Part shown: one piece after another, positions 24,634 to 35,463 of the stretch
How positions within the stretch are numbered: position 1 is the first letter of the stretch
How the letters are laid out: each line of letters opens with the position of its first letter
Assembly: GCA_036260415.1 (NCBI GenBank)
Contig: DASZZX010000032.1
Location: 1-48,138, forward strand
Direction of reading: 5' to 3'
DNA: 48,138 nucleotides
From: Nitriliruptorales bacterium
Lineage (GTDB): Bacteria; Actinomycetota; Nitriliruptoria; Nitriliruptorales; JAHWKO01
Notes under the pieces: generated by a model
Seen by the model: the letters and a program-made list of their open reading frames with translations, nothing else
What the model was told of the DNA's origin: nothing
The model's database searches: none
Made by a program: the position numbers and the translations under genes

Positions 24634-27078
24634 TCAGGCCGCGTGCTGCTGCGGGTCGCGACCGAAGCGGCGCAGCCGCAGCGAGTTGGTGACCACGCTG
24701 ACCGACGAGAAGGCCATGGCGGCGCCGGCGATGATCGGGTTGAGCAGCCCCACGGCGGCCAGCGGGATGGCCCCGGTGTTGTAGACGAACGCCCAGCCCA
24801 GGTTCTGCAGGATCGTGCGGTAGGTGCGGCGTGACAGCTGGATCGCGGTCACCACACCGTCCAGACGGTCGCGCATCAGGGTGAGGTCGCTGGACTCGAT
24901 GGCGACGTCGGTGCCGGTGCCGATGGCGATGCCGAGGTCGGCCTGCACCAGCGCCGGGGCGTCGTTGACCCCGTCGCCGACCATGGCGACGACCTCGCCG
25001 TCGCGTTGCAGCCGCTCGATCTCGCTCCTCTTGTCCCGCGGCAGCACCTCGGCCAGGACCCGATCGATGCCGACCTGGCGGGCGATGGCCGCGGCGGTGC
25101 GGGCGTTGTCACCCGTGATCATCGCTACCTCCAGCCCCATGCGGTGCAGGCGCTCGACCACGCCGGCGGCGTCGTCCTTGAGGGTGTCGGCGACCGCGAG
25201 CACGCCCCGCACCTCGCCGTCCCAACCGGCGAACACGGCCGTCTTACCCTGCTCCTCGAGGGTCGTCGCCGCGTCGTCGAGCCTGTCGGGGACCACCAGG
25301 CCGGCCTCGGCGGCCAGCTTGCGGCGGCCCACCCACACCGCGGTGCCGGCGACCTCCCCACGCACGCCGTGGCCGGCGACCGCCTCGAACCCGGTCACGG
25401 TGGGCAGGTCGATCCCGCGCCGCCGCGCCGCCGCGGCCACGGCCCGGCCGATGGGATGCTCGCTGTCGGCCTCGACCGCGCCGGCCCGCCGCAGGAGCGC
25501 GACCTCCTCCGTCCCCGCCCCGGCCACCACGTCGGTGAGTGCCATCTCGCCACGGGTCAGCGTCCCGGTCTTGTCGAACACCACCGTGGTGATCGTGCGG
25601 GTGCGCTCGAGCGCCTCGACGCCCTTGATGAGGATGCCCAGGTCGGCGCCCCGCCCGGTGCCGACCATGATCGCCGTGGGAGTGGCCAGACCCAGCGCGC
25701 ACGGGCAGGCGATGATCAGCACCGCGACCGCGGCGACCAGCCCGCCGACCGCGTCGCCGGCGAGCAGCGACCAACCTGCGAAGGTGAGCGCGGCGATGCC
25801 GATGACCGCCGGCACGAACACGGCCGAGATGCGGTCGGCCAGCCGCTGGACCGCGGCCTTGCCCGCCTGCGCCTCCTCGACCTGCCGCACGATCTGGGCG
25901 AGCGCGGTCTCGGCGCCCACCGCGGTGGCCCGCACGGTCAACACGCCGGAGCTGTTGACGGTGGCGCCGGCCACCTTGCTGCCCTCGGCCTTGTCCACCG
26001 GGAGCGACTCGCCGGTCAGCATCGACTCGTCCACCGCCGACGCCCCGGCCACGACCACGCCGTCGGTGGGGATCTTCTCGCCAGGGCGGACCCGCAGCAG
26101 GTCGCCGACGCGCACCTGCTCGATCGCAACCATGACCTCCCGGCCGTCACGCACCACGCGGGCCTCACGGGCTCCGAGCTCCAGCAGGGCGCGGATCGCT
26201 CTGCCGGCGCGGCTCTTGGCGCGCGCCTCGAAGTAGCGGCCCAGCACCAGGAACGCGATGATCAGCGCGGCGGTGTCGAAGTACACCTCGCCGCCGGTGA
26301 ACAGCACGACGGTCGAGTAGACGTAGGCGGCCAGGGTGCCCAGCGCGATCAACGTGTCCATGTTGGCGGTGAGGTGACGGGCGCGTCTGGCGGCTTCGCG
26401 CAGGAACGGCCAGCCGACCCACCACTGCACCGGCGTGGCCAGCGCGAACTGCAGCCACCGACCGGTTGTGGTCTCGCCGGCGCCGCCCGGCAGGAACGCC
26501 AGCGCCATCACGGCCAGGCCGAGCGGCCAGGCGATCAGGACCCGCCGCAGCCACCCGCGCCGGGCGGCCTCCTCGGGGTCCTCGTCCCCGGCCACCTCAC
26601 GCGACAGCTCCGCGGCCGGCGACAGGCCGTAACCGGCCTGGTCGACCGCGGCCTGCAGGGCCTCCACGGAGGCCACACCGTGGTCGAGCTCCACCCGCGC
26701 ACGAGCGGTCGCGAAGTTGACGTCGGCGCGTACCACCCCGGGTTGGCGGCTGAGGGCCTTCTGCACGCGCGCGGCGCACGATCCGCAGGTCATGCCCTCG
26801 ACCTGAAGGTCGAGGGTGGTGACGCCGCTGTGCCGCAGCCGGTAGCCGAGTCGATCCACCGCCTCGGCGAGCGTGGCCTCGTCCACCTCCGGCTCGACCT
26901 CGACACGTGCTCGGCCGGTCGCGAAGTTCACCTCGGCGTCCACGACCCCGGGTTGGCGGCTGAGGGTCTTCTGCACGCGCGCGGCGCACGACCCGCAGGT
27001 CATCCCCTCGACGTCGAAGTCGAGGCTGCGCGAGCGGCGTGCGATCGTGTCGCTCACCGGCATCCTCCTCGTCGTCAC
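24634..27078 (-). CDS. copA: copper-translocating P1B-type ATPase with two N-terminal HMA domains
   Basis: Track ORF of 814 aa. It has [13 protein letters not shown] twice, TGES, the CPC motif ([13 protein letters not shown]), [15 protein letters not shown] and MVGDG. The GTG start overlaps the csoR stop (GTGA). Confidence 0.93.
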   Translation of the reverse strand: MTTRRMPVSDTIARRSRSLDFDVEGMTCGSCAARVQKTLSRQPGVVDAEVNFATGRARVEVEPEVDEATLAEAVDRLGYRLRHSGVTTLDLQVEGMTCGSCAARVQKALSRQPGVVRADVNFATARARVELDHGVASVEALQAAVDQAGYGLSPAAELSREVAGDEDPEEAARRGWLRRVLIAWPLGLAVMALAFLPGGAGETTTGRWLQFALATPVQWWVGWPFLREAARRARHLTANMDTLIALGTLAAYVYSTVVLFTGGEVYFDTAALIIAFLVLGRYFEARAKSRAGRAIRALLELGAREARVVRDGREVMVAIEQVRVGDLLRVRPGEKIPTDGVVVAGASAVDESMLTGESLPVDKAEGSKVAGATVNSSGVLTVRATAVGAETALAQIVRQVEEAQAGKAAVQRLADRISAVFVPAVIGIAALTFAGWSLLAGDAVGGLVAAVAVLIIACPCALGLATPTAIMVGTGRGADLGILIKGVEALERTRTITTVVFDKTGTLTRGEMALTDVVAGAGTEEVALLRRAGAVEADSEHPIGRAVAAAARRRGIDLPTVTGFEAVAGHGVRGEVAGTAVWVGRRKLAAEAGLVVPDRLDDAATTLEEQGKTAVFAGWDGEVRGVLAVADTLKDDAAGVVERLHRMGLEVAMITGDNARTAAAIARQVGIDRVLAEVLPRDKRSEIERLQRDGEVVAMVGDGVNDAPALVQADLGIAIGTGTDVAIESSDLTLMRDRLDGVVTAIQLSRRTYRTILQNLGWAFVYNTGAIPLAAVGLLNPIIAGAAMAFSSVSVVTNSLRLRRFGRDPQQHAA

Positions 27079-27395
27079 GTTCCAGCGCCCACGCCACCGA
27101 GCTCGTCGTGGCTCAGGGTTGGGCGCAGCGCGCGACGGTCGTACTTCAACGTCTCCATCAGCTCATCCACGATCTCTTCGGTCCGCCCGGCGCGGACGGC
27201 CTCGGCCACGCACGTCTCCAGGTGGTTGCGCAGCACGGCGCGGCTGGCGGACTCAAGCAGGCCCTGCACCGCGGAGAGCTGCTTCATCACGGCCGGGCAG
27301 TACGAGTCCTGTTCCACCATCCGCACGATGCCGTCCAGCTGACCGCGTGCGGTTCTCAAGCGTGCGAGCACGCTGCGCTGGTGCTCCGGCAGCAT
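27075..27395 (-). CDS. csoR: CsoR/RcnR-family metal-sensing transcriptional repressor
   Basis: Frame of track ORF 27075..27899, trimmed to ATG 27395 (GAGGAGGAG 6 nt upstream). 106 aa. [35 protein letters not shown]...LRNHLETC carries the C-H-C copper-ligand pattern. Confidence 0.88.
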   Translation of the reverse strand: MLPEHQRSVLARLRTARGQLDGIVRMVEQDSYCPAVMKQLSAVQGLLESASRAVLRNHLETCVAEAVRAGRTEEIVDELMETLKYDRRALRPTLSHDELGGVGAGT

Positions 27396-27455
27396 GTGCT
27401 CCTCCTCACCCTCGCCGACGTGGCCGACCCCCATGACCCGGCCGCTGGGGCACCC

Positions 27456-27471
27456 TACCTGGGGTGGGGTA
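27456..27471. promoter_or_regulatory. candidate CsoR operator (GC-rich pseudo-palindrome TACC-N8-GGTA)
   Basis: TACCTGGGGTGGGGTA lies 61-76 nt upstream of the csoR ATG. CsoR operators described in other bacteria are G/C-tract pseudo-palindromes flanked by TAC/GTA. This is inference only. Confidence 0.4.
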
Positions 27472-27699
27472 AGACTACCTCGTGGAGCCGCCCGGGGCCA
27501 GCGCAGCGGCGGGGCCAGGACACCCAGCCGGTGGCGGACGTGAACAGCGACTCGGCATGCCGAGGGTCGATGACGGTGGTCGTCGTGGCGGCGGCCCCCC
27601 CGCACGGGAGGACGGATCGCGCCCCGCCGCGCCTTGTGCGCCGCCCTCCCCGGTGCTGCTGCGCGTCCTGCGCACGTCACGGAAGCCGGACAGGGGCAC

Positions 27700-28110
27700 G
27701 GCCTCCCCGCCGAGCGGTCGAAGAGGTGGCCTTCATCGGGTACCCGAGAGGGCTGTACGACACGAAGAACTTGACGCCGATCATGCGGAGAGGCACTACA
27801 GCCACTCGTCCCGCCATCGTTACCGCGGGGAACCATCGTTCCTGATCGACGCGTCGGTCTTCCCGGGTCCAGCGGTACCCCAGTGGTCATCTCGGACAAC
27901 GGGAGCTATAGGACCAAGCAAGGAATCGTGATCGGGTCCAGGCCGATTTTCCTCGGAGTGCGCGCTGTCGTCCATGTGCGACAGGTGCAGAGAAGGGTCA
28001 CGCACCTGCCTGCGAAGGTGGTGGCGGAGTTCCCTGAGCCCACCGACCTCGGCATCGTCCACAGAGCGGGACCGATCGAGACATGCATCGAGGAACTACT
28101 CAGAAGGACA
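27700..28110 (+). pseudogene. remnant of a trypsin-like (S1/S1C-type) serine protease, 5'-truncated and frameshifted
   Basis: Pieces sit in three plus-strand frames: VAFIGYPRGLYDTKNLTPIMRRGTTAT, then GEPSFLIDASVF, then PGSSGTPVVISDNGSYRTKQGIVIGSRPIFLGV (catalytic G-x-S-G-x-P). The second junction is consistent with loss of one C in a C-run near 27855. No upstream His/Asp part was found. Local GC content is visibly lower. Confidence 0.5.
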
Positions 28111-28560
28111 GGGGCTAAAGAGGGCGGCTGCGGGTCGAGGCCACCGCGTGAGCACTACGCGCCGCGGCGAGGCCGAGCAAGAGCACGTCCGCATGCGCCG
28201 CCGTGTGCGCTGTATGCCGGCGCCGCCTCGTGGCAGGGGCGCGGTCGACTGAGTGATGACCACCGACATGCCCTCATCCGAACCGGACTCGGGCTCTTCG
28301 CCCAGGCTCCACATCACCGCCTGGCCGGACTGGATGGCATGACGTACGCCGTCAGAGGCGGCCACCCAGCCGGAGCCTGACGTGACGGCGAACAACTGCC
28401 ACAAGCGGGTCGGATGCCTGCCAAGGAGGCCGCCGGGTGCAACCCGGGCGAGGTGCACCGAGAATCCGTCCACGTCCTCCAGGCGGGCGGCCTCGCTCGT
28501 GTGCACTCCCTGGCTCCCGTCGTCAGTGACGTCACCGTGCTCGAGCTGCACCCACTCCAT
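28096..28560 (-). CDS. cupin domain protein
   Basis: Frame of track ORF 28096..28815, trimmed to ATG 28560 (MEWVQLEHGDV). Cupin-like segments: FSVHLARVAPGGLLGRHPT...WQLFAVTSGSGWVAASDG.RHAIQSGQAVMW..GE.HESGSDEGMSVVI. The C-terminal 45 residues look like run-on sequence. Confidence 0.6.
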   Translation of the reverse strand: MEWVQLEHGDVTDDGSQGVHTSEAARLEDVDGFSVHLARVAPGGLLGRHPTRLWQLFAVTSGSGWVAASDGVRHAIQSGQAVMWSLGEEPESGSDEGMSVVITQSTAPLPRGGAGIQRTRRRMRTCSCSASPRRVVLTRWPRPAAALFSPCPSE

Positions 28561-28824
28561 GTCGCGACGGTAGCGGTCAAACCGGCAGGACGGCGCCCAC
28601 GAAACCTCCGCCCACGAGCATCCCGCAGCGCCGCCATGTTCGCCCTCGCAGGACAGATACCCGCCCCATCTCCTCGCCGACCTCGTCGGTATCAGCAGCG
28701 GGATAGCCGCCGCCGGGGCAAGCTCGCCGCACGGGACTGGAGCGACTACGTCGCCAATCGCGCGACCCGCCGCTGAACTCCATCCAGGCCCCGACGCCAG
28801 CCGGGAGCCCGCCACCGAGCTGGA

Positions 28825-29397
28825 CTACCGACGGTGCCGCACGTCGCGGACCATGCGAATCTGCCGCACGCCGTCCTCCACCTGGGCCGTCCCGTCGGCA
28901 ACGAAGCCGTGCTTGCGGTAGAACGCCTGCGCTCGAGGGTTGGGATCGGCGACCCACAGCGCCGCCGACTCCCCGGGGTCGATGACGGCCTCCAACAACG
29001 CTCGCCCAGCACCGGTGCCGTGGTCGGCTGCATACACATAGAGCACATACAGCTGCCTCGTCCACGCCGCCGCAGCGTCCATGGGCGGGCCCGACATGGC
29101 GATCCCGATCAACTCGCCATCCCGCTCGGCGACAGCCGCCCGGTTCTCGCGATATCGCTCGTCGGTCAACGTGGCAGTCCAGAACCGCTCCCGAGCAGCC
29201 AGGAAGCCCGGATCATCGAGCACCGCATCCGACATGAGCCCCCGATACGAATCCTGCCAGCAGCGCACGTTTACACGCGCCATCTGCGCAACGTCCTCGA
29301 CCCGGGCCGAGCGAACAGTCAGCGAGGAACCCACCGCCGAATCGTAGGCCGCGACCAGATGCTCGCCCCACCAGACTCGCGGCGGCTTCGACCACAA
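28825..29397 (-). CDS. GNAT family N-acetyltransferase
   Basis: Track ORF of 190 aa. Motifs: LTVRSARVEDVAQMARVNVRCWQDSYRGLM, then the acetyl-CoA motif LYVLYVYAADHGTGAGRALLE, then FYRKHGF. The start may be GTG 29334. It has more A/T-ending codons than its neighbours. Confidence 0.8.
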   Translation of the reverse strand: MWSKPPRVWWGEHLVAAYDSAVGSSLTVRSARVEDVAQMARVNVRCWQDSYRGLMSDAVLDDPGFLAARERFWTATLTDERYRENRAAVAERDGELIGIAMSGPPMDAAAAWTRQLYVLYVYAADHGTGAGRALLEAVIDPGESAALWVADPNPRAQAFYRKHGFVADGTAQVEDGVRQIRMVRDVRHRR

Positions 29398-29488
29398 GGC
29401 CCGCGATAGTGCTAGGGCTCAACCGTCCGCCCGCTGGTGCCGAGAACCTTCGAGGACTGGCCCGTCGGGACCAGACCGGGGGGGCCAT

Positions 29489-29968
29489 ATGGACGCAGCG
29501 GGCACGTCGCTGCTCCTGCTGGAGGTTGACCAGCGCCGTTGCGCGCTGCCCACCGGTGCCGTGGTGGAGCTGCAGCGCGCCGTGGCCCAGGAGCCGCTGC
29601 CGGCCGCACCGGCCGTGGTGGAGGGCCTGATCGACCTGCGCGGCGAGACCGTGCCGGTGCTCGACCTGCGCCTGCGTCTCGGCCTGGCGCCGCGTGCCCC
29701 GCACCCCGACCACGTGCTGGTGGTCGTCGACCTCGACGGCCGGACGGTCGCGCTGCGGGCGGACGCGGCGCTGGACGTGGTGGAGGTTCCAGAGGAGGTC
29801 ATCGAGGACGCCCGCGACGCCGTGCCTGGCGCCCGCTTCGTCGCCGGTCTGCTGCACTCGCCGGACGGCATCGTGGTGATCCACGACCTCGCGCAGTTCC
29901 TGTCGTGGGAGGAGGCGACCGCGCTCGACGCCGCGCTCGCTCGGGGCGCGCCAGCGGGGCAGCGGTGA
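29489..29968 (+). CDS. cheW: CheW-like coupling protein
   Basis: Track ORF of 159 aa. CheW pattern: LLLLEVDQRRCALPTGAVVELQR...VEGLIDLRGETVPVLDLRLRLG...VVVDLDGRTVALRADA. Confidence 0.85.
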   Translation: MDAAGTSLLLLEVDQRRCALPTGAVVELQRAVAQEPLPAAPAVVEGLIDLRGETVPVLDLRLRLGLAPRAPHPDHVLVVVDLDGRTVALRADAALDVVEVPEEVIEDARDAVPGARFVAGLLHSPDGIVVIHDLAQFLSWEEATALDAALARGAPAGQR

Positions 29969-31203
29969 CCGGCGCGCAGACCGACGACGTGACCCCTCTC
30001 GCCCGCTACCTGGAGGCGCGCACCGGTCTGAGCGTCGACGGTCCCCGCCAGACGGCGCGCCTGCGGAGGGCTGTCGCCAGGTCCGGGCAGAACGATTCCG
30101 CAGCCTACGTGGCGCTGCTGCGGCGTGACGACGCCGCCTTCGATCAGCTGGTCGCCGAGGTGACGGTCACCGAAAGCTACTTCTTCCGCGAGCCCGGCCA
30201 CTTCGCGGCGCTGCGGACCACGATCGTCCCCGACCTCATCGCGGACCGGCCCGCCCATCACGTGCTGCGGTTCTGGAGCGCCGGCTGTGCGGGCGGCGAG
30301 GAGCCCTACACGCTGGCGATCGTGCTCGACCAGGCCGGTTGGGCGGACCGCAGCCGCATACTCGCCACCGACCTGTCGACGTCGGCGCTGGATCGAGCCC
30401 GCAGGGCCGTCTACGCCGACTGGTCGCTGAGGAGCCTGGAGCACCGCCAGCGGCGCCTCTGGTTCCGGCCGGTGGTGGGCGGTCACCGCCTCGACGAGCG
30501 GTACGCGCGACGCGTGACCTTCCGCCGCAGCGGCCTGCTCGACGAGTCCCCCGTGGACGGCGACGTGGCCCGGGCAGGGTTCGACGTGATCCTCTGTCGC
30601 AACGTGCTCGTGCATCTCACCTCCGATGCCGTCCGTCAGGTGGCCGCTCGCCTGGCCGCGGCACTGGCCCCGTGGGGGCGGCTGATCACCGGCGCGGGCG
30701 ATCCTCCGCTCCTGCCTGTGGCAGGCGTCGAGCCGGCGACCACGCCGAACGGGGTCGTCTACCGCCGCGTCGGCGGCCGTGCCGCGACCGCCGCACCCGA
30801 GCCTCCTTCGCGGCGCCGCGGCGGGAGGGCGCCCGACGCCCACGCAGCCTGGGACCAGCACGACCAGCCCGACGAGTCCACGTCCCTCGACGCCTCGCGG
30901 CACCTTCTGCGCGCCACCCTGCTGCTCGAGACCGGCCGCCCACACCAAGCCGCGGAGGCCGCCCGGGCCGCTGCGTACCTGCGCCCGGACCTCTCCGCGG
31001 CGCACCTGACGTTGGGCGTCGCCCTGGTCGGCGCGGGCAACCTGCGGGCAGCCCACCGCGCCTTCCGCACCGCCGGCGCCCAGCTGGCCGCGGCCCCGCC
31101 CCACCAGGTGGTGCCGTTCAGCGGAGGCGAGCGGGCGGGTCGCCTGCTGCAGCTGGCCACCGACCACGAACGACGAACGGCGGTCGGGGAGTTGGTGGAG
31201 TGA
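29965..31203 (+). CDS. cheR: CheR-type chemoreceptor methyltransferase with C-terminal TPR-like extension
   Basis: Frame of track ORF 29539..31203 from GTG 29965, which overlaps the cheW stop (GTGA). Motifs: TESYFFREPGHF, RFWSAGCAGGEEPYTLAI, FDVILCRNVLVHL. The C-terminal 120 aa or so are Ala-rich helical repeats. Confidence 0.88.
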   Translation: MTGAQTDDVTPLARYLEARTGLSVDGPRQTARLRRAVARSGQNDSAAYVALLRRDDAAFDQLVAEVTVTESYFFREPGHFAALRTTIVPDLIADRPAHHVLRFWSAGCAGGEEPYTLAIVLDQAGWADRSRILATDLSTSALDRARRAVYADWSLRSLEHRQRRLWFRPVVGGHRLDERYARRVTFRRSGLLDESPVDGDVARAGFDVILCRNVLVHLTSDAVRQVAARLAAALAPWGRLITGAGDPPLLPVAGVEPATTPNGVVYRRVGGRAATAAPEPPSRRRGGRAPDAHAAWDQHDQPDESTSLDASRHLLRATLLLETGRPHQAAEAARAAAYLRPDLSAAHLTLGVALVGAGNLRAAHRAFRTAGAQLAAAPPHQVVPFSGGERAGRLLQLATDHERRTAVGELVE

Positions 31204-31808
31204 CGCAGCCCACCCCCGACGAGGCGCCGCACGAGCTGCAACGCGGGGCCAGGCGTGTGGCGCGCCCCGCGGAGGAGCCGTCCTCGGGCGCGGCCGAGCG
31301 TGAGCTGGAACGCCGGGCCAGGCAGCTGGCACGCCGCGCGGCCGAGCCGACCCCGGACGGGGCGCTCCAGCTGCTGACGTTCTCCGCCGCCGGCACGACG
31401 TTCGGTGTCGAATCGGTGGGCGTGCGCGAAGTGCAGCCGGTCGAGCACCTCGCGCGTCTTCCGGCCGGTGCCCGACCCCTGGTCGGCCTCGTCGCGACCC
31501 GGGGCGAATTGCTCCCGGTCGCCACCCTCGCCGGGCTGTTCGGGACCGGAGCCCAACCGCAGGGGCGCGGCTGGGTGGTCGTGGTCGACGACGAGCGTGC
31601 GCCGCTGGGACTCCTCGCCGACGACGTGCACGGGTTGATCGAGGTCTGCGCCGCAGCGGTGAGCGCTCCGCCCGCCGGCCTGCTGACCGCCGCCGCCGAC
31701 CTGGTACGCGGCGTGACCGCCGACGGGGTGGTCGTCCTGGACGGGCCGGCCCTGCTCGAGCGCCCGAAGCTCAGCCTCGCGACGGGTGCCAACGGAGGAC
31801 CACCATGA
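31200..31808 (+). CDS. cheW: second CheW-like coupling protein with about 55-aa N-terminal extension
   Basis: Frame of track ORF 30339..31808 from GTG 31200, which overlaps the cheR stop (GTGA). Pattern: [21 protein letters not shown]...[22 protein letters not shown]...[18 protein letters not shown]. Confidence 0.8.
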   Translation: MTQPTPDEAPHELQRGARRVARPAEEPSSGAAERELERRARQLARRAAEPTPDGALQLLTFSAAGTTFGVESVGVREVQPVEHLARLPAGARPLVGLVATRGELLPVATLAGLFGTGAQPQGRGWVVVVDDERAPLGLLADDVHGLIEVCAAAVSAPPAGLLTAAADLVRGVTADGVVVLDGPALLERPKLSLATGANGGPP

Positions 31809-33271
31809 GGGTGACGCTCAGCCGCCAGATCCTGGCTGGCTACGCGGTGGCGGTGGGCGCGCTGGTCGCGGTCATCGTGGTCGCTGCGATGGCCCTGGAC
31901 CGCGCCGCCGACGCCAAGGACGAGATCATCAACCATGACGTGCGCGCGGTCGTCGCCGCCTGGAAGCTCCGGAGCGCTCTGGACGAGCAGGCCGTCCAGC
32001 ACCGCGGGTTCCTGCTCACCGGCGACGAGGACCTGCTCGCCAGGCGCGCGGCGGCGGCCGCCGAATTCGACGCCCTGCTGCGAGAGCTGAGGGAACTGGT
32101 CTCGCCCGATCGGGGAGCGGCGCTGCTCGACTCGATCGCGTCGGCGGAGGCCGACTGGGCGGCGGCCACCGACGCGGTGATCGCGCGGCGGCGGTCCGGC
32201 CAGGTCGACCTGGCTGCCCTAGGCCGCACGGTCGAGCAGCGTCTGGTCCCCGCCCGGCGTGAGGTTGGTCTGGCGATCGACGAGCTGATCGCGCAGCAGG
32301 AGGCCACGATCGCGGCCAACATCCAGGCGTCCGACGGACAGGTCGCCGCTGCTCGCTGGCTGACGATCATCCTCGGCGTGGGCGCCGCCGCGGCCGCAGC
32401 CGCGATCGGGCTGTGGGTCACACGCGATGTCCGGCGCCAGGTCCAGATGCACTCCGCCGACATCGACGGGGCCACCGCCGAGATCCTCGCCGGCACCCGC
32501 CAGCAGGTGGAGGGATCGGCGCGACAGTCGGCCGCCGTGCAGCAGACGGTGGCGACGGTGGAGGAGCTCGAGCGCACATCCGACCAGAGCGCCGAGCGGG
32601 CCCGGGCCGTGGCGGACACGGCCCAGCGCTCCGCTGAGACCGCGCAGGCCGGCCGCCGAGCGGTCGCGGACTCGTTCGCCGGCATGGAGGACATCCGCGG
32701 GCAGGTGGACCAGATCGCGACCAGCATCGTGGAGCTGGCCGATCGCGCCCAGGCCGTCTCCGACATCGTCGCGACGGTCGAGGACATCGCCGACCAGACC
32801 CATCTGCTGGCCCTGAACGCGTCGATCGAGGCGGCACGCGCGGGCGAGCACGGCAAGGGCTTCGCGGTGGTCGCAGGCGAGGTCCGCACCCTCGCGGACC
32901 AGTCGAAGCAGGCCACCACGCAGGTTGGGGAGATCATCGCTGAGATCCAGCGGGCGATGAACGCCGCCGTGATGGTCACCGAGCAGGGCACCAAGAGCGT
33001 GACCGAGGGTGTGGAGCTGATCGCCGGGGCCGGGCGGACGATCGAAGATCTCGCCGAGACGGTCGCGTCAGCCACCCTGGCCGCCGAGCAGATCGCCGCG
33101 TCGGCCGGACAGCAGGCGGTGGCGACCACCCAGATCAGCCAGGCCATGCACGACGTCCGCGACGCCACGGAGCAGGGTCTCGCCTCGTCCCGGCAGGTGG
33201 AGGAGCGCGCCCGCGACCTCGACGTGGTGGCACGCGCCCTGCGAGCGCTGGTGGGGAACCACCAGCCGTGA
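31805..33271 (+). CDS. methyl-accepting chemotaxis protein (2 TM, helical periplasmic sensor, CHASE3-like by eye)
   Basis: Track ORF of 488 aa. TM1 is [22 protein letters not shown] and TM2 is [21 protein letters not shown]. The highly conserved signalling hairpin is [37 protein letters not shown]. The ATG overlaps the upstream stop (ATGA). Confidence 0.9.
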   Translation: MRVTLSRQILAGYAVAVGALVAVIVVAAMALDRAADAKDEIINHDVRAVVAAWKLRSALDEQAVQHRGFLLTGDEDLLARRAAAAAEFDALLRELRELVSPDRGAALLDSIASAEADWAAATDAVIARRRSGQVDLAALGRTVEQRLVPARREVGLAIDELIAQQEATIAANIQASDGQVAAARWLTIILGVGAAAAAAAIGLWVTRDVRRQVQMHSADIDGATAEILAGTRQQVEGSARQSAAVQQTVATVEELERTSDQSAERARAVADTAQRSAETAQAGRRAVADSFAGMEDIRGQVDQIATSIVELADRAQAVSDIVATVEDIADQTHLLALNASIEAARAGEHGKGFAVVAGEVRTLADQSKQATTQVGEIIAEIQRAMNAAVMVTEQGTKSVTEGVELIAGAGRTIEDLAETVASATLAAEQIAASAGQQAVATTQISQAMHDVRDATEQGLASSRQVEERARDLDVVARALRALVGNHQP

Positions 33272-35463
33272 GAGCGGACGTCGACCAGCAGCGCCTGCTC
33301 CTCGACCTACTCGCTGGCGAGTTGGAGGAGGCGGTCGCCGTGCTGGAGCGGGACCTCCTGGCGCTGGAGAACGACCCGGCCCGGGCCACCGAATCCGGCC
33401 GGCTGCAGGAGGCGATCCGCGCCGCGCACAGCATCAAGGGCGCCGCCGGGATGCTCGGCGTCTCTGCGGTGGCCACCCTGTGCCACCACCTCGAGGACAT
33501 CCTCAGCGACGCGGCCGCGGGGCGGGTGCAGCTGGACCCGCAGCGCTTCGCCGGGCTGTTCGCCGCGGTGGACTCGTTACGGGACGCCGGCAGGCAGCTG
33601 ACGACGGGTGGGGATGCCGACCCCGAGCGCCTGTCGAGCGCTGTGCGGCGGCTCACCGCACCCGCCGCGGCCGTCTCCACCCGACCGCCACCGGCCTCCG
33701 GGCATGCAGGCCAAACCACCTGGCCGACCGCGCCCGCGGCGCCGGAGCCGGCCGGTGCGTCCGTTCGGCTGCCGGCTGCCAGGCTCGACGCCCTGGTCGC
33801 GGAGGCGGCCGAACTGGTCACCGTGCGCAGCGAGGTCGAGGCGCTGGCACGCGAGATCGACCGCGCCCTCGAGGCGGCCGCGCGCCATCGCGGGCAGTGG
33901 GCGCGCTTGCGGGGCCGGTTGCTCGCCGGCGCATCCCAGGACGGGTCCAGCCGCGTGGTGGGTGACGTCGACGCGGCCATGCGCGAGGTGCACCGCCTGC
34001 TCGAGCACCTCCGCCGGGCGGGCGGGTCCGCCGCGCACAGCGTCGAGCGGGCCACCGCGTCCGTGCAGGACGCGGCGCTGGCGGCGGCCATGCTGCCGTT
34101 CGGCCCCGCCTGCGAGGGCCTGCACCGCACCGTCCGTGACGTCGCCGGCGCGACTGGCAAGGAGGCTCGGCTGGTCGTCGACGGGGGCGACGTGGAGGTG
34201 GACCGCCGCGTCCTGGCCACCTTGCGCGATCCCCTCGCGCACCTTGTCCGCAACGCCGTGGACCACGGCATCGAGCCACCCGACGAGCGCGAGCGCGCCG
34301 CCAAGACGCGCACGGGCGCGGTCACCGTGACCGCCGTCGTGCGGGGCGCCACGGTGGAGGTCACCGTCGCCGACGACGGTGCCGGCCTCGACCTGACGAG
34401 GCTCCGGGAGGTCGCCGCGGCTCGTGGCCTCGAGGTGCCCGACGACGACAGCGCGGTCAGCGGGCTGGTTTTCGAGAGCGGCCTGTCGACCGCGCGCAGC
34501 GCAACCGAGTACTCCGGCCGCGGGGTCGGCATGGACATCGTGCGCCGAGCCGTGGAATCCGTCGGCGGCACCGTGACGATGCACTCGCAGGCCGGCGCAG
34601 GGACCCGCGTGGTCATGACCGTTCCCCTGACGCTGTCGACCGTCCGTGTCCTGCTCGTCGCAGCCGGGAGCGAACTGGTCGGCTTGGTCACCACGGGTGT
34701 CGATCGGGTCATCGACGTTGCCGCGCGTGATCTCCGCTGGGTCGAGGGCCGGCCGGCGGTGCACCTGGAGGGGCGTCACGCCGCCCTGATCGCGCTCGCC
34801 GACGCACTCGAACTGTCGCACGGCCCGCTGACCGCCGACGGTCCCGTGCGAGCGGTGGTGGTGCGCTCGACCTCCGAGACGGTCGCGCTGGCGGTCGACA
34901 CCGTGGTCGACGAGCGGGAGGTCCTGGTCAAGCCGCTGAGCGCCCGACTGGAGGGGCTCCCGGGCGCGCTGGGCTACACGGTGCTCGCCGGTGGCCGGCC
35001 CGTGCTCGTGCTGCACCCCGAGGCGGTGGGTCGGCGCGGGCTGCTGCACGTGGGGGAGGGCCCGGCGCCCGCGGCTGTCCCGGCGACGGGCCCACCAGCG
35101 CGCCGGCGCGTGCTGCTGGTCGAGGACACCCCCACGACCCGTGCGCTCGAACGCGGCGTGCTCGAGGCAGCCGGCTACGAGGTGCTGGTGGCATGCGACG
35201 GCGCCGAGGCCTGGCAGCTCCTGCAGGAGGAGCCAGCCGACATCGTCGTCAGCGACGTGGACATGCCACGCATGGACGGTGTCGCCCTCTGCCGCGCGAT
35301 CCGAGCCGCGTCCCGGCTGCAGGAGCTCCCGGTCGTGCTCGTCACGTCGCTCGGCAGCGACCAGGACCGCCGGCGCGGGCTCGAGGTCGGCGCCGACGCG
35401 TACCTGGTGAAGTCGGGCTTCGACCAGCAGCGCTTCCTCCAGACCATCGAACGGCTGCTGTGA
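33268..35463 (+). CDS. cheA: CheA-type histidine kinase fused to a C-terminal receiver (CheA-REC hybrid, WspE-like)
   Basis: Track ORF of 731 aa. The Hpt domain has [11 protein letters not shown]. HATPase motifs: [27 protein letters not shown] CheW-like P5 domain follows, then a REC domain (VLLVEDTPT...[13 protein letters not shown]...VVLVTSLG...YLVKSG). The GTG overlaps the MCP stop (GTGA). Confidence 0.92.
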   Translation: MRADVDQQRLLLDLLAGELEEAVAVLERDLLALENDPARATESGRLQEAIRAAHSIKGAAGMLGVSAVATLCHHLEDILSDAAAGRVQLDPQRFAGLFAAVDSLRDAGRQLTTGGDADPERLSSAVRRLTAPAAAVSTRPPPASGHAGQTTWPTAPAAPEPAGASVRLPAARLDALVAEAAELVTVRSEVEALAREIDRALEAAARHRGQWARLRGRLLAGASQDGSSRVVGDVDAAMREVHRLLEHLRRAGGSAAHSVERATASVQDAALAAAMLPFGPACEGLHRTVRDVAGATGKEARLVVDGGDVEVDRRVLATLRDPLAHLVRNAVDHGIEPPDERERAAKTRTGAVTVTAVVRGATVEVTVADDGAGLDLTRLREVAAARGLEVPDDDSAVSGLVFESGLSTARSATEYSGRGVGMDIVRRAVESVGGTVTMHSQAGAGTRVVMTVPLTLSTVRVLLVAAGSELVGLVTTGVDRVIDVAARDLRWVEGRPAVHLEGRHAALIALADALELSHGPLTADGPVRAVVVRSTSETVALAVDTVVDEREVLVKPLSARLEGLPGALGYTVLAGGRPVLVLHPEAVGRRGLLHVGEGPAPAAVPATGPPARRRVLLVEDTPTTRALERGVLEAAGYEVLVACDGAEAWQLLQEEPADIVVSDVDMPRMDGVALCRAIRAASRLQELPVVLVTSLGSDQDRRRGLEVGADAYLVKSGFDQQRFLQTIERLL

